In this document: piece by piece, positions 1-7,314 of the stretch
Layout: each line of letters starts with the position of its first letter
Numbering within the stretch: the stretch's first letter is position 1
Assembly: GCA_903837605.1 (NCBI GenBank)
Contig: CAILVF010000075.1
Coordinates: 153 to 64,152, forward strand
From: an uncultured Bacteroidales bacterium
GTDB lineage: Bacteria > Bacteroidota > Bacteroidia > Bacteroidales > FEN-979
Direction of reading: 5' to 3'
DNA length: 64,000 nt
Translations under genes and position numbers: made by a program
The notes under the pieces: generated by a model
Seen by the model: only the letters and a program-made list of their open reading frames with translations
What the model was told of the DNA's origin: nothing
The model's database searches: none

Positions 1-80
1 AATTCTTTTGAAATTTCCGAAAATACTTTTTGGTCAACGAAATGAGCATGAAATAATAGCTTTTTAAATCGATCATCCAT
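1..80 (-). CDS. hypothetical protein, N-terminal part only (ORF runs off the left edge)
   Basis: Minus-strand ATG at 80-78 opens a frame (MDDRFKKLLFHAHFVDQKVFSEISKE...) still open at base 1. It starts 45 nt after the GTTAGGC end of the attC-like element and is AT-rich like the neighbouring cassette genes. Confidence 0.3.
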   Translation of the reverse strand, partial: MDDRFKKLLFHAHFVDQKVFSEISKE

Positions 81-119
81 TTATTAAATATTTTTGGTGT
101 TTCCTTATTTTCATATTTT

Positions 120-253
120 GCCTAACGCCCCGCCGGCAGCCGCAGTGCGGGTTTTACTTGTTCTTATCTTTGTTTACCACAATCATTTGCAGGTTTGGTG
201 AATGCCAGCCTCCGGAAACCGCCCGCATTGCTCGGCTGACGGCTCGTTAGCAC
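120..253. repeat. 134-bp GC-rich imperfect palindrome with integron attC-like ends (GCCTAAC ... GTTAGC on plus strand; TGCTAAC ... GTTAGGC on minus strand)
   Basis: Arms pair as CTAACG/CGTTAG, CCG/CGG, CAGCCG/CGGCTG and TGCGGG/CCCGCA, with three asymmetric bulges and a poorly paired centre of about 66 nt. The ends fit RYYYAAC / GTTRRRY. It lies about 30 nt downstream of the stop of ORF 284..688 and is a GC-rich patch in an otherwise AT-rich stretch. Confidence 0.35.
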
Positions 254-261
254 CAGTGCAT
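245..261. repeat. left copy of 17-bp inverted repeat CGTTAGCACCA(G/A)TGCAT
   Basis: The plus strand reads cgttagcaccagtgcat. The reverse complement of 1490..1506 reads cgttagcaccaatgcat, so 16 of 17 positions are identical. Confidence 0.85.
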
Positions 262-283
262 CCTTTTCTATCATTTGTGTGAA

Positions 284-688
284 TTATTCATTGTCTTTTA
301 CTAAAGTATCTAGTAATTCGCATTCATCTGGTCCAAGGTTGATGTATTGGTCCGTATTAAACAAATTATCAAGAAACTCTTTATTAAGATGTTTATCAAA
401 ATAAAGCGTGATAGGCCAGTTTTCTTCCTTTGTTTTCATTCCATCATTTGGTTTGTCGAAGCACCTAAATATTAAATTAATTTTCTTATATGTTAGAAAA
501 TTTTGGGGTGAAGGATCATTTTCATTGACAAAAAGAGTGATTTCAAATGGTTCGGAGGAAATCATTTCTGACAATCGTGATGCAAACTCAATCAGCTTTT
601 TATCTATGATATTATTGTCTTTTATGCCCCCTAATCTCTCATAGAAGAATGAGCACTTTAGCTTTGAAACTTGAAATAGTATCTGCAT
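284..688 (-). CDS. hypothetical small protein (134 aa), no recognisable family
   Basis: Intact ORF with an ATG start, AT-rich, and followed directly by the attC-like palindrome. No signal peptide or catalytic motif recognised. Confidence 0.6.
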   Translation of the reverse strand: MQILFQVSKLKCSFFYERLGGIKDNNIIDKKLIEFASRLSEMISSEPFEITLFVNENDPSPQNFLTYKKINLIFRCFDKPNDGMKTKEENWPITLYFDKHLNKEFLDNLFNTDQYINLGPDECELLDTLVKDNE

Positions 689-824
689 AATTAAAGGTTT
701 TAGTTAAGGTTTTAGACGCTAATATATTTTAAACTAATTTCAGTGGTGTAATTTCTGTAAACATTTCTTTTTACTTGATGAATTGATTTAATTTTTTTTG
801 GTTTATAACATGCTTGAAAGTAAT

Positions 825-1412
825 TTATTCAGTTGTGTCATTTAGAAGAACAGCAAATTTATACATCTTGTCGTCACTTGTTTCACCAATAATTTTCATA
901 CTGCACGCTTTCAAAATTCTCATACTTTTTTCGTTTGATTTGTCTGTAAAGGCAACAACTTTTGGTATTTGCATTCTTTGCATATGAGCTAGAACATTTT
1001 GTACAGCAAATGTCATAATTCCTTTACCTCTATTCATTTCGTGCATCCAGAAATCAATTGTCCAATCACCTATTCTTTCTTTACTATCGTGATAATTCAT
1101 TATTGGTGAGCTACATAAGACATAACCAGATGGGAACTTATTTACTGAATTTGCAATACAGAATAATACCGATGCTCCAGAAAGTGTTCTATGAATATAT
1201 TCTTCAATTTTCATTAATGCTTCCTCTTCACTCTCTACATATGCACCAGGAAGGTACTTCTTAACTAAAGGGTCGCATGAGATTTTATAGTAGAATTTTG
1301 CCTCTAGTTTGAGATTATTTGGATAAATACTGCGAAGTATGATTTGCCCCAGATTTATAGTTGGGATTTCATCAAACATTCTGTTATCTGCCTTATATTT
1401 TGATATGTACAT
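825..1412 (-). CDS. GNAT family N-acetyltransferase (RimJ/RimL-like)
   Basis: 195-aa ORF. The acetyl-CoA binding motif region is WMHEMNRGKGIMTFAVQNVLAHM (R/Q-x-x-G-x-G/A type). Length and layout are typical of RimJ/RimL-like GNATs. Confidence 0.75.
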   Translation of the reverse strand: MYISKYKADNRMFDEIPTINLGQIILRSIYPNNLKLEAKFYYKISCDPLVKKYLPGAYVESEEEALMKIEEYIHRTLSGASVLFCIANSVNKFPSGYVLCSSPIMNYHDSKERIGDWTIDFWMHEMNRGKGIMTFAVQNVLAHMQRMQIPKVVAFTDKSNEKSMRILKACSMKIIGETSDDKMYKFAVLLNDTTE

Positions 1413-1489
1413 CTGTTGAGTTTTCTATTTTTTATACTATTTAATTTAGATATTTCTTTTATGTGCTTTTAAATCTCCGTGAGTTCTCA

Positions 1490-1506
1490 ATGCATTGGTG
1501 CTAACG
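1490..1506. repeat. right copy of 17-bp inverted repeat (ATGCATTGGTGCTAACG)
   Basis: Inverted partner of 245..261. It lies 93 nt upstream of the GNAT start codon on the coding (minus) strand. On that strand it reads CGTTAGCACCAATGCAT, which contains a GTTAGC core. Confidence 0.85.
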
Positions 1507-1515
1507 TATGCGTTA

Positions 1516-1621
1516 ACGATTGCGTTTATTTTTCAATATATAGGTATAATTTATTGCGTTTACTGACCCCCAGAAGGATGTAATACGATTGCGTTTATTG
1601 GATTTCATTATTACGTTTATT
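1516..1621. repeat. four direct repeats of ATTGCGTTTATT (iteron / recombinase arm-site-like array)
   Basis: Copies lie at 1519-1530 (attgcgtttatt), 1553-1564 (attgcgtttact), 1588-1599 (attgcgtttatt) and 1610-1621 (attacgtttatt), spaced 34, 35 and 22 bp. Copies 1 and 3 share a 15-nt identity (acgattgcgtttatt). All are non-coding. Confidence 0.8.
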
Positions 1622-1642
1622 GTTCCAATTTGGGTCAGTAAA
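1559..1642. repeat. 11-bp perfect inverted repeat TTTACTGACCC / GGGTCAGTAAA enclosing two of the direct repeats
   Basis: Arms at 1559-1569 and 1632-1642 with a 62-nt spacer. The left arm overlaps direct repeat 2. Confidence 0.75.
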
Positions 1643-1832
1643 TACAACTATTGATAAGTCAATATCTAATTAGCCCATATCAAATATAAAAAATAAACAT
1701 GAAAAGTCAAATAATCAGACGGTTTATCTTTCTGAGATAACCAAGGAATTTGAAATCTTAAGAATATCAATGAGTTTGGGCGCTCTCGATTCTAAAGGAA
1801 ATGAATTTACTCGGATCTGAATATTGAAAAAT

Positions 1833-2669
1833 CTATTGTGAATCGAGATATCTGATAATTACACAACCATTGCCACCTGTACCGCCAACCGCAACATACA
1901 TAGTTCCAACCATAGTTCCACCGCCACCGCCACCGAAATCGGGTACTCCATTATCAGAACCGGCATCTACACCATTTGCGCCAACTCCCGCATTGGTTCC
2001 CGGCTGACCGGGATCATTATAATTTGCACCGCCACCGCCACCACCGTACCATTGTTCAAAATAGTTGTATGCACCACCGCCATCTTTTCCATTCCCGGCC
2101 CAAGAATTTCCACCGCCACCACCGCCATAGTGCGTATTTTTGAAACCGCCATCAGCGCCATCCATACCCTGATACCCCGGTCCACCCCTTCCACTTAATG
2201 CACCGCCACCACCGCAACCACCTTCTGAACCATCCGGACCTTGACGTTCATCATCACTGCTACCGCCACCACCACCGCCCAAACCTTCAATTTGACCTTG
2301 ACCACCATAATCGAAAAAACTCGACAGGCCACTTTTACCTGCAATACCTGAGCTATCTGCCCCATCACCACCTGCACCAACCCAAATTACAGGATAAGTA
2401 TTGTGAGGATCAACGGCAACACTATAAGCCTGTGCAATGCCACCGCCACCGCCACCGCCACCAACTCCGTTGCCACCACCGCCACCACCACCGCATACAA
2501 AGACTTCAATAAGTCCTGACCTGTTTACTTGAAGAGCAACCGGGGTTGTTATGTAATCTCTTCCAAACGTATGAATCCTGTACCCGTTGACAACGGTTTC
2601 AACCCCTCCCGAACAAAGCGGAAGCCGGGTTTTTCTACCCATTGGAAATATACCAAGTGCAAAACTCAT
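1833..2669 (-). CDS. glycine-rich domain protein of the kind found in phage tail-fibre modules
   Basis: 278-aa ORF with repeated G5-G9 tracts (VCGGGGGGGNGVGGGGGGGG..., ending GGTGGNGCVIIRY). Its ATG overlaps the stop of the upstream fibre gene (ATGA at 2666-2669), which implies translational coupling. Confidence 0.75.
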   Translation of the reverse strand: MSFALGIFPMGRKTRLPLCSGGVETVVNGYRIHTFGRDYITTPVALQVNRSGLIEVFVCGGGGGGGNGVGGGGGGGGIAQAYSVAVDPHNTYPVIWVGAGGDGADSSGIAGKSGLSSFFDYGGQGQIEGLGGGGGGSSDDERQGPDGSEGGCGGGGALSGRGGPGYQGMDGADGGFKNTHYGGGGGGNSWAGNGKDGGGAYNYFEQWYGGGGGGANYNDPGQPGTNAGVGANGVDAGSDNGVPDFGGGGGGTMVGTMYVAVGGTGGNGCVIIRYLDSQ

Positions 2670-3175
2670 AATGAAAATTCCTCAACTAAATCACCAATCA
2701 GATACCAAGTATTTGTATCAACTTTTACAAGAGTTGCCCCAGAGCCTTTTTTTGCTGTTTTCACATTTTCATCCTTTGAATAAAGGGTTACTCCGGAAGC
2801 TACCGAAAATGAAATCTGCTTTGAATCCATTTGCAAAAAGTCAATCTGTTCACCAATAGCAAAAGGAACACTCGCATTCGTTGGAATTGTTAAGGTGATG
2901 GGATTTGAGGCATTCGACATGGCAACAATTTTGCCGGCATCAGTTAAAGCCAACGTGTACGAGGATCCCGTTTGAGTATTAAGCCTGTTACTTGAAGGTT
3001 GTACCATTGGAAGCCAATGCGTTCCATCATAAACATAGGGCGTTTTCTTCGAACCTGAATTCCAATATATCTGCCCCTCAACAGGATTGCTTGGGTCAGT
3101 TGAAAGGCTATGCAGAACAAGGTTTTCAGCCTGGTTCTTATTGAAATTAAGGTTAGTTGCAATTTTCTTTGACAT
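2666..3175 (-). CDS. short tail-fibre-like / receptor-binding protein
   Basis: I prefer the ATG at 3175 (MSKKIATNLNFNKNQAENLV...) because it parallels the N-terminus of the 577-aa fibre (MAKKVYVQLDLQKTALLNLV...). The ORF track starts at a TTG at 3193. The N-terminal motif P-x-x-P-x-x-G-Q-I/V-Y-x-N...Y-x-G-x-x-W is shared with the neighbouring fibre. Confidence 0.7.
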   Translation of the reverse strand: MSKKIATNLNFNKNQAENLVLHSLSTDPSNPVEGQIYWNSGSKKTPYVYDGTHWLPMVQPSSNRLNTQTGSSYTLALTDAGKIVAMSNASNPITLTIPTNASVPFAIGEQIDFLQMDSKQISFSVASGVTLYSKDENVKTAKKGSGATLVKVDTNTWYLIGDLVEEFSL

Positions 3176-3190
3176 ATTGGAAATATTAAG

Positions 3191-3218
3191 CAAGGTTGAT
3201 TATTTAAGACCAACCTTG
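3191..3218 (-). other. intergenic hairpin between the two fibre genes (8-bp stem, 12-nt loop)
   Basis: caaggttg (3191-3198) pairs with caaccttg (3211-3218). It lies between the stop at 3228 and the ATG at 3175. It could be an attenuator or a processing site. Confidence 0.3.
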
Positions 3219-3227
3219 CTGAAACAT

Positions 3228-4961
3228 TTAACCTACGATTACGATCACCCCTGTAATTGCGCTTGTGCAGGTCCAGGTAACATCACCTGAAGCGTTTAAT
3301 ACGACATCGCATTCAACTTCATTATAGTTTGTGGAAACGGTTTCATATACGGCAACCGCGACCAACGTACCGCAACCATGGGTTGCAGCGGCAATTGTGC
3401 CGGTTGTTGCGGCTGAAATGGATGCCGTATATTTTTTGGACCTTGCTCCGGCCACGGAATCAGCATAATTCTTAGCTGCCAAAGCACTCGGAATATGTGT
3501 ATTTACTGAAGATCCGCTTAAGGTAGTTTCAAGAATACCGCTGGCAAGATTGGTAGTATCAAGGTTTGAAATGGTATTGCTGGCCTTGTCAATGGTCTTA
3601 TTGGTCAGGGTTTGCGAGGAAGAAAGCCTTACAAGGTCGGAACTTTCAGTATTATCAATCCCGTCAAACATTGCAGCAGTGGGTGAAGCACTATCCTGGT
3701 TTGCAATAACCTGATCCCCTACTGACAATGAACTACTTGAAGGGGTTGTGATCCCTGTTGCTGAACCGGCAACGGTTACTTTATAAAACCAACCTTTAGT
3801 GATAGATGCAATTCCATTGGCGACAAGAGATTGAGATCCATCAATTGTTCCTTTATAAACAAGCTGGCCGGATATCAATGAATTTATTCCTGAAACCTTT
3901 CCATCAACATAAGCCTTGATGGCCTTCTGTGAAGCAACCTTCGAATCCGAATTGGCGGCCAGTGCAGTATCGGTATCAAGATACGACATTGGAAGTTGCT
4001 GAACATTATCCACATTCCCCAGGGAAACCTGGGCTTTGGTTGTGGAATGAGGATTGGAAGTATTGGCAATATGATTGTTCATCGTGGTTGCATTGGTGCT
4101 TACGGTGCCCGAAAGGGTTGTCACGGTTCCGGCAATTACGGAATCCTTACCATCAACATATGCCTTTACTGCTTTCTGTGAAGGAACCTTTACATCTGAA
4201 TTGGCCGTAAATGTGTTATCGGTATCAAGATAACTCATTGGAAGTTGCTGAACATTATCCACATTCCCCAGGCTTACCTGTGTTTTGGTTGTTGCATGAG
4301 GATTGGATGTATTGGCAATGTGATTATTCATTGTCGTGGCATCACCTGAAATGGTTGTATTCTGAGCTGCATTCTGAGCATCAATATACGTTTTCACGGC
4401 TTTCTGTGAAGGCACTTTCACATCCGAATTGGCTGTCAAGGACGTATCGGTATCAAGATAACTCATTGGCAACTGCTGAACATTATCAACGGATCCAAGG
4501 CCGACCTGTGCCTTGGTTGTGGAATGAGGGTTTGAAGTATTCCCAAGATGGGAATCAATTGCAGAATGGTTATTCGTACCTGCGCCGGATAACGACTGAT
4601 GATCAATGTTACCAGGAACCACATCAAGATCCACGGTATTATTGGCTGTGTTATCAGTAACGGAAACCTTAGTGGAAGCGGCTTTTGCACTTTTGAATTC
4701 ATTGTTATTGCCATTTCTCTGTTTGAATAATCCAACGCCACCGGTGCCAATATTAACATCGGTCGGGATAGTAGGAATGGTTGCTTGTGCTTCTGTCTTA
4801 ACCCAGACAGAACCATTATAATAGTACTGACAGGAATCAGTAGTATTAAAATAAACCTGACCGGAAACTGGTGAAGCGGGTGCTGTGGCCAGGTTCTGAA
4901 TCACAAGGTTCAGAAGGGCGGTCTTCTGCAGATCCAATTGTACATAAACTTTTTTTGCCAT
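3228..4961 (-). CDS. phage tail fibre protein with three internal repeats
   Basis: 577 aa. The module H-x-x-NTSNPH-x-TTK-x-QV-x-LG-x-VDNVQQLPMSYLDTD...ANSD-x-KV-x-SQKA-x-K-x-Y-x-D occurs three times. The NPH..T..QVGLG.V.N motif is characteristic of phage tail fibres. Confidence 0.85.
   Translation of the reverse strand: MAKKVYVQLDLQKTALLNLVIQNLATAPASPVSGQVYFNTTDSCQYYYNGSVWVKTEAQATIPTIPTDVNIGTGGVGLFKQRNGNNNEFKSAKAASTKVSVTDNTANNTVDLDVVPGNIDHQSLSGAGTNNHSAIDSHLGNTSNPHSTTKAQVGLGSVDNVQQLPMSYLDTDTSLTANSDVKVPSQKAVKTYIDAQNAAQNTTISGDATTMNNHIANTSNPHATTKTQVSLGNVDNVQQLPMSYLDTDNTFTANSDVKVPSQKAVKAYVDGKDSVIAGTVTTLSGTVSTNATTMNNHIANTSNPHSTTKAQVSLGNVDNVQQLPMSYLDTDTALAANSDSKVASQKAIKAYVDGKVSGINSLISGQLVYKGTIDGSQSLVANGIASITKGWFYKVTVAGSATGITTPSSSSLSVGDQVIANQDSASPTAAMFDGIDNTESSDLVRLSSSQTLTNKTIDKASNTISNLDTTNLASGILETTLSGSSVNTHIPSALAAKNYADSVAGARSKKYTASISAATTGTIAAATHGCGTLVAVAVYETVSTNYNEVECDVVLNASGDVTWTCTSAITGVIVIVG
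3900..4571 (-). repeat. three tandem coding repeats (about 76-83 codons each) inside the tail fibre gene
   Basis: Near-identical DNA blocks are visible, for example around 3970-4082, 4220-4332 and 4450-4560 (ggtatcaagata...ttgctgaacattatc...). At protein level the copies begin at aa 138, 214 and 297. Confidence 0.85.
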
Positions 4962-4974
4962 GATTGAAAACTAT

Positions 4975-5379
4975 TTAATTAAGAATTACTTTACCTGAAA
5001 CCTGACTATTAAATGTTATAACACATTGATTATTTGAAACATGATCTACATCAGCCATGATTTCTTCTTCAAGGTTATCAAGAATCGTAACCGATGGGAA
5101 TTTTCCGAAATTGTGAACTATGGTAACTACACTTTGATTTACAAACGGATATACCAAATTCCTATCCTCTGATGTGGAAACCATGGGCTTCCAAACAGCT
5201 TCACCACTCATTTGTTGAGTGCATATGAATACTGAATTAGATACCGTATTGATCCATTCATCCCCAATACTATATCCGGCCATATAATCATCGTTTTCAG
5301 TCGGATTACGGGTTGCCTTAAAAACATCAAAAGGCACCAGATCAAAATTCATCGTAAACGGGTTGAATACTTTCTTCAT
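4975..5379 (-). CDS. small phage tail-associated protein
   Basis: 134 aa. The N-terminus (DDYMAGYSIGDEWINTVSNSVFICTQQMSGEAVW) resembles the anchor motif of the two fibre ORFs. The C-terminal half (TIVHNFGKFPSVTILDN..E.I.ADV..V..N.CVITF...SGKV) is a small beta-sandwich pattern common in phage proteins. Confidence 0.6.
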   Translation of the reverse strand: MKKVFNPFTMNFDLVPFDVFKATRNPTENDDYMAGYSIGDEWINTVSNSVFICTQQMSGEAVWKPMVSTSEDRNLVYPFVNQSVVTIVHNFGKFPSVTILDNLEEEIMADVDHVSNNQCVITFNSQVSGKVILN

Positions 5380-5383
5380 TTTA

Positions 5384-7312
5384 TCAGGAATTCAGATAGG
5401 CATAGGTTAAATTCTCTGCATTACTCATTTGGTTATCATAATTCAGATTCCCATCGGCCCATTTAACAATATGCTTGGTTTTGCCATTGACAACGGTTTT
5501 CTGAATCCTCTTGATTCTCCAGGTGCCTTCTGTTTCTGAACTTGTTCCATTCTGTGGATAACCGAAGAAAGTAAGATCATCTGAATACTCATAAATCACC
5601 CCTACCCCCTGGGTAAGATCATCATTGTTAATCATATTGATTGGTTTGAATTGGCCACTGAAATATTGATCATTGTATGCCCTGTCATACTCCAACTGAA
5701 CATTATACAGATACACGGAATCCGTGGAGAATGGACTAATTTTTACTGATTTGAGGACAATGGGGAAAAGCAATCCCTGAACCACTTCATAGCTTTCAGT
5801 GGTAATCAGAAATTCCCTCATATAATCTCTCATTTCCTTTGAAATGAATCCGGAATCGGCTTTGAAAGACTGGGTTTCCCAGGATTCAAAGTTTTTAATG
5901 GGTGGATTGAATGAAGTAATTACTTCATCGGAAAGAACCTGGCCGGTAATACGTTCATAGGCCATGGTCGATTCAACTTCTCCCAAAAACCGGATGGTGT
6001 CATACCGACCAAAGGAATTTCTAAAAAGGAAAGTGCGTTCATTATCATACACATCCGTATCAAAGATATACTTTCGAACTTCTGAAAGTACACTGCCATA
6101 AGCATCTTCCATCCATACTTCCCAACTTTCAACATCCCTGGCAATATCAAGGGATGCAAGGCCAAGATGATCATATCCGACCATGATTTCAATCAAGGTC
6201 GGGGCTGAACGGGAAATGGAATCAGATCCATAATAGGAATAATAACTTCCATCGGTGAACTTAACACGGATGGCCAAACGGTATGAATAAGGAACACGAA
6301 GGCCATAAAGGAAAAAGGTAAGTTTTTCCGGTTGGGTTTTACCGGTAGTTTTTACCACCGGGGCCCAGGTCAGAAATCGTTTCTGATTTTCTGAAATGGA
6401 AAAATAATCGGTTTCCTGTTCATTATAGGCTGAAAGCAATTCCCTTGAAAGGCCGCCGGCTATGCAATACTTTACGGTATCGAACAAAAGCATCCGGATC
6501 GTATCCGAATACCGTTCTGCAAACGAAGTATAATAAGGCAAGATCAGGTTATTCCATTCTGCAACATTTTGTATTGCTACTTCAGGAAATGTAAAGTTTT
6601 GGGGACCTTCAAGATTTACCTTGATGAAGGTTTTCAGATATTCGGAAAGATCAAAAATTGCATTTCCGGATGAATCGACCGATTTAAGATCTTCAGCGAA
6701 CTTGGTTAATCGAGGCTGGACCTGGCCAGTAAGTATAGGCGCATTACCGGTTTGAGTATTAACGGTCTGATCGATCCAAATTGAACAAACAATGCCGAAA
6801 TTATCACGTTCAATTATATCAATCCCGGCCGAATTGCTTTGCAATGCAAGGCCGCTGATCGTATTACCATTGAAATTCATGGACCATTTTGAACCTTTTT
6901 CCTTGGCGATGAATGTAATATGTCTCTCAGAACCAATTACATCCCCCAGGATGATATCATAATTTGAACGAAGCAAATAATTCTTCTTCAGATACTCCGA
7001 AATCCCGAAAACATAATCGGGAAAATGAATATTCACCATCGGGATCTGCAGGCCGCTTTCATCAGGAAATAAGGTTTGGGTAAACGTAAGATTGAGATTA
7101 TTGAATGAAAGCGTGAAATGATGCAATGCCACGGTTTCCATGGCTGTAAAGCGAAGGATCAATTGAGACTTGCTACCTTCTGAAGAAAGAAACGATCCGG
7201 AATTAACCTTATAACGGATTGGATTACCGGCAAAACAATAATCAGGCGGTCTTTTAACAATCTGAATCATGGTGCAAGTATATGCACCGGATAAAAAAAA
7301 AATAAAGGACAA
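5384..7312 (-). CDS. phage structural protein (baseplate / distal tail candidate), family not recognised
   Basis: The 642-aa ORF is co-directional and tightly packed with the fibre genes. The track start is a TTG at 7312, which reads through a T10 tract (A10 on the plus strand at 7293-7302). The ATG at 7270 (MIQIVKRPP...) is a plausible true start. Confidence 0.6.
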   Translation of the reverse strand: MSFIFFLSGAYTCTMIQIVKRPPDYCFAGNPIRYKVNSGSFLSSEGSKSQLILRFTAMETVALHHFTLSFNNLNLTFTQTLFPDESGLQIPMVNIHFPDYVFGISEYLKKNYLLRSNYDIILGDVIGSERHITFIAKEKGSKWSMNFNGNTISGLALQSNSAGIDIIERDNFGIVCSIWIDQTVNTQTGNAPILTGQVQPRLTKFAEDLKSVDSSGNAIFDLSEYLKTFIKVNLEGPQNFTFPEVAIQNVAEWNNLILPYYTSFAERYSDTIRMLLFDTVKYCIAGGLSRELLSAYNEQETDYFSISENQKRFLTWAPVVKTTGKTQPEKLTFFLYGLRVPYSYRLAIRVKFTDGSYYSYYGSDSISRSAPTLIEIMVGYDHLGLASLDIARDVESWEVWMEDAYGSVLSEVRKYIFDTDVYDNERTFLFRNSFGRYDTIRFLGEVESTMAYERITGQVLSDEVITSFNPPIKNFESWETQSFKADSGFISKEMRDYMREFLITTESYEVVQGLLFPIVLKSVKISPFSTDSVYLYNVQLEYDRAYNDQYFSGQFKPINMINNDDLTQGVGVIYEYSDDLTFFGYPQNGTSSETEGTWRIKRIQKTVVNGKTKHIVKWADGNLNYDNQMSNAENLTYAYLNS

Positions 7313-7314
7313 GG

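Noticed and set aside
284-1412. GNAT toxin / antitoxin pair
   Set aside because: GNAT toxins (TacT/AtaT type) are paired with a small RHH/DUF1778 antitoxin encoded upstream and overlapping. Here the partner is a 134-aa protein located downstream after a 136-nt gap, with no DNA-binding motif I can see.
245-1506. Mu G-segment/P1 C-segment-type invertible tail-fibre switch flanked by the 17-bp inverted repeats
   Set aside because: The enclosed genes are a GNAT and a small orphan, both in the same orientation, rather than opposed alternative fibre C-termini. No fibre gene is split by either repeat, and no invertase gene is adjacent. Inversion of the segment cannot be excluded from sequence alone.
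2198-2512. His/Arg-rich 104-aa ORF on the plus strand (MHRHHRNHLLNH...) and other ORFs nested in 1967-2380
   Set aside because: They are antisense or out-of-frame shadows of the GGT/GGC glycine tracts of the minus-strand gene 1833..2669. Low-complexity translation is expected from the complement of Gly codons.
3929-4660. Plus-strand ORFs with repeated sequence (…DTTLEVAEHYPHSPG…, …DNSLEVAEHYPHSPG…)
   Set aside because: Their repeats are just the reverse-strand reading of the three tail-fibre modules. The minus-strand 577-aa ORF is continuous and has recognisable fibre motifs.
1833-4961. Diversity-generating retroelement acting on the tail fibre genes
   Set aside because: No reverse transcriptase gene is in the window. 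By eye I found no template-repeat copy of any fibre gene 3' end in the adjacent non-coding DNA (1413-1832 is AT-rich and unrelated). An exhaustive repeat search was not possible.
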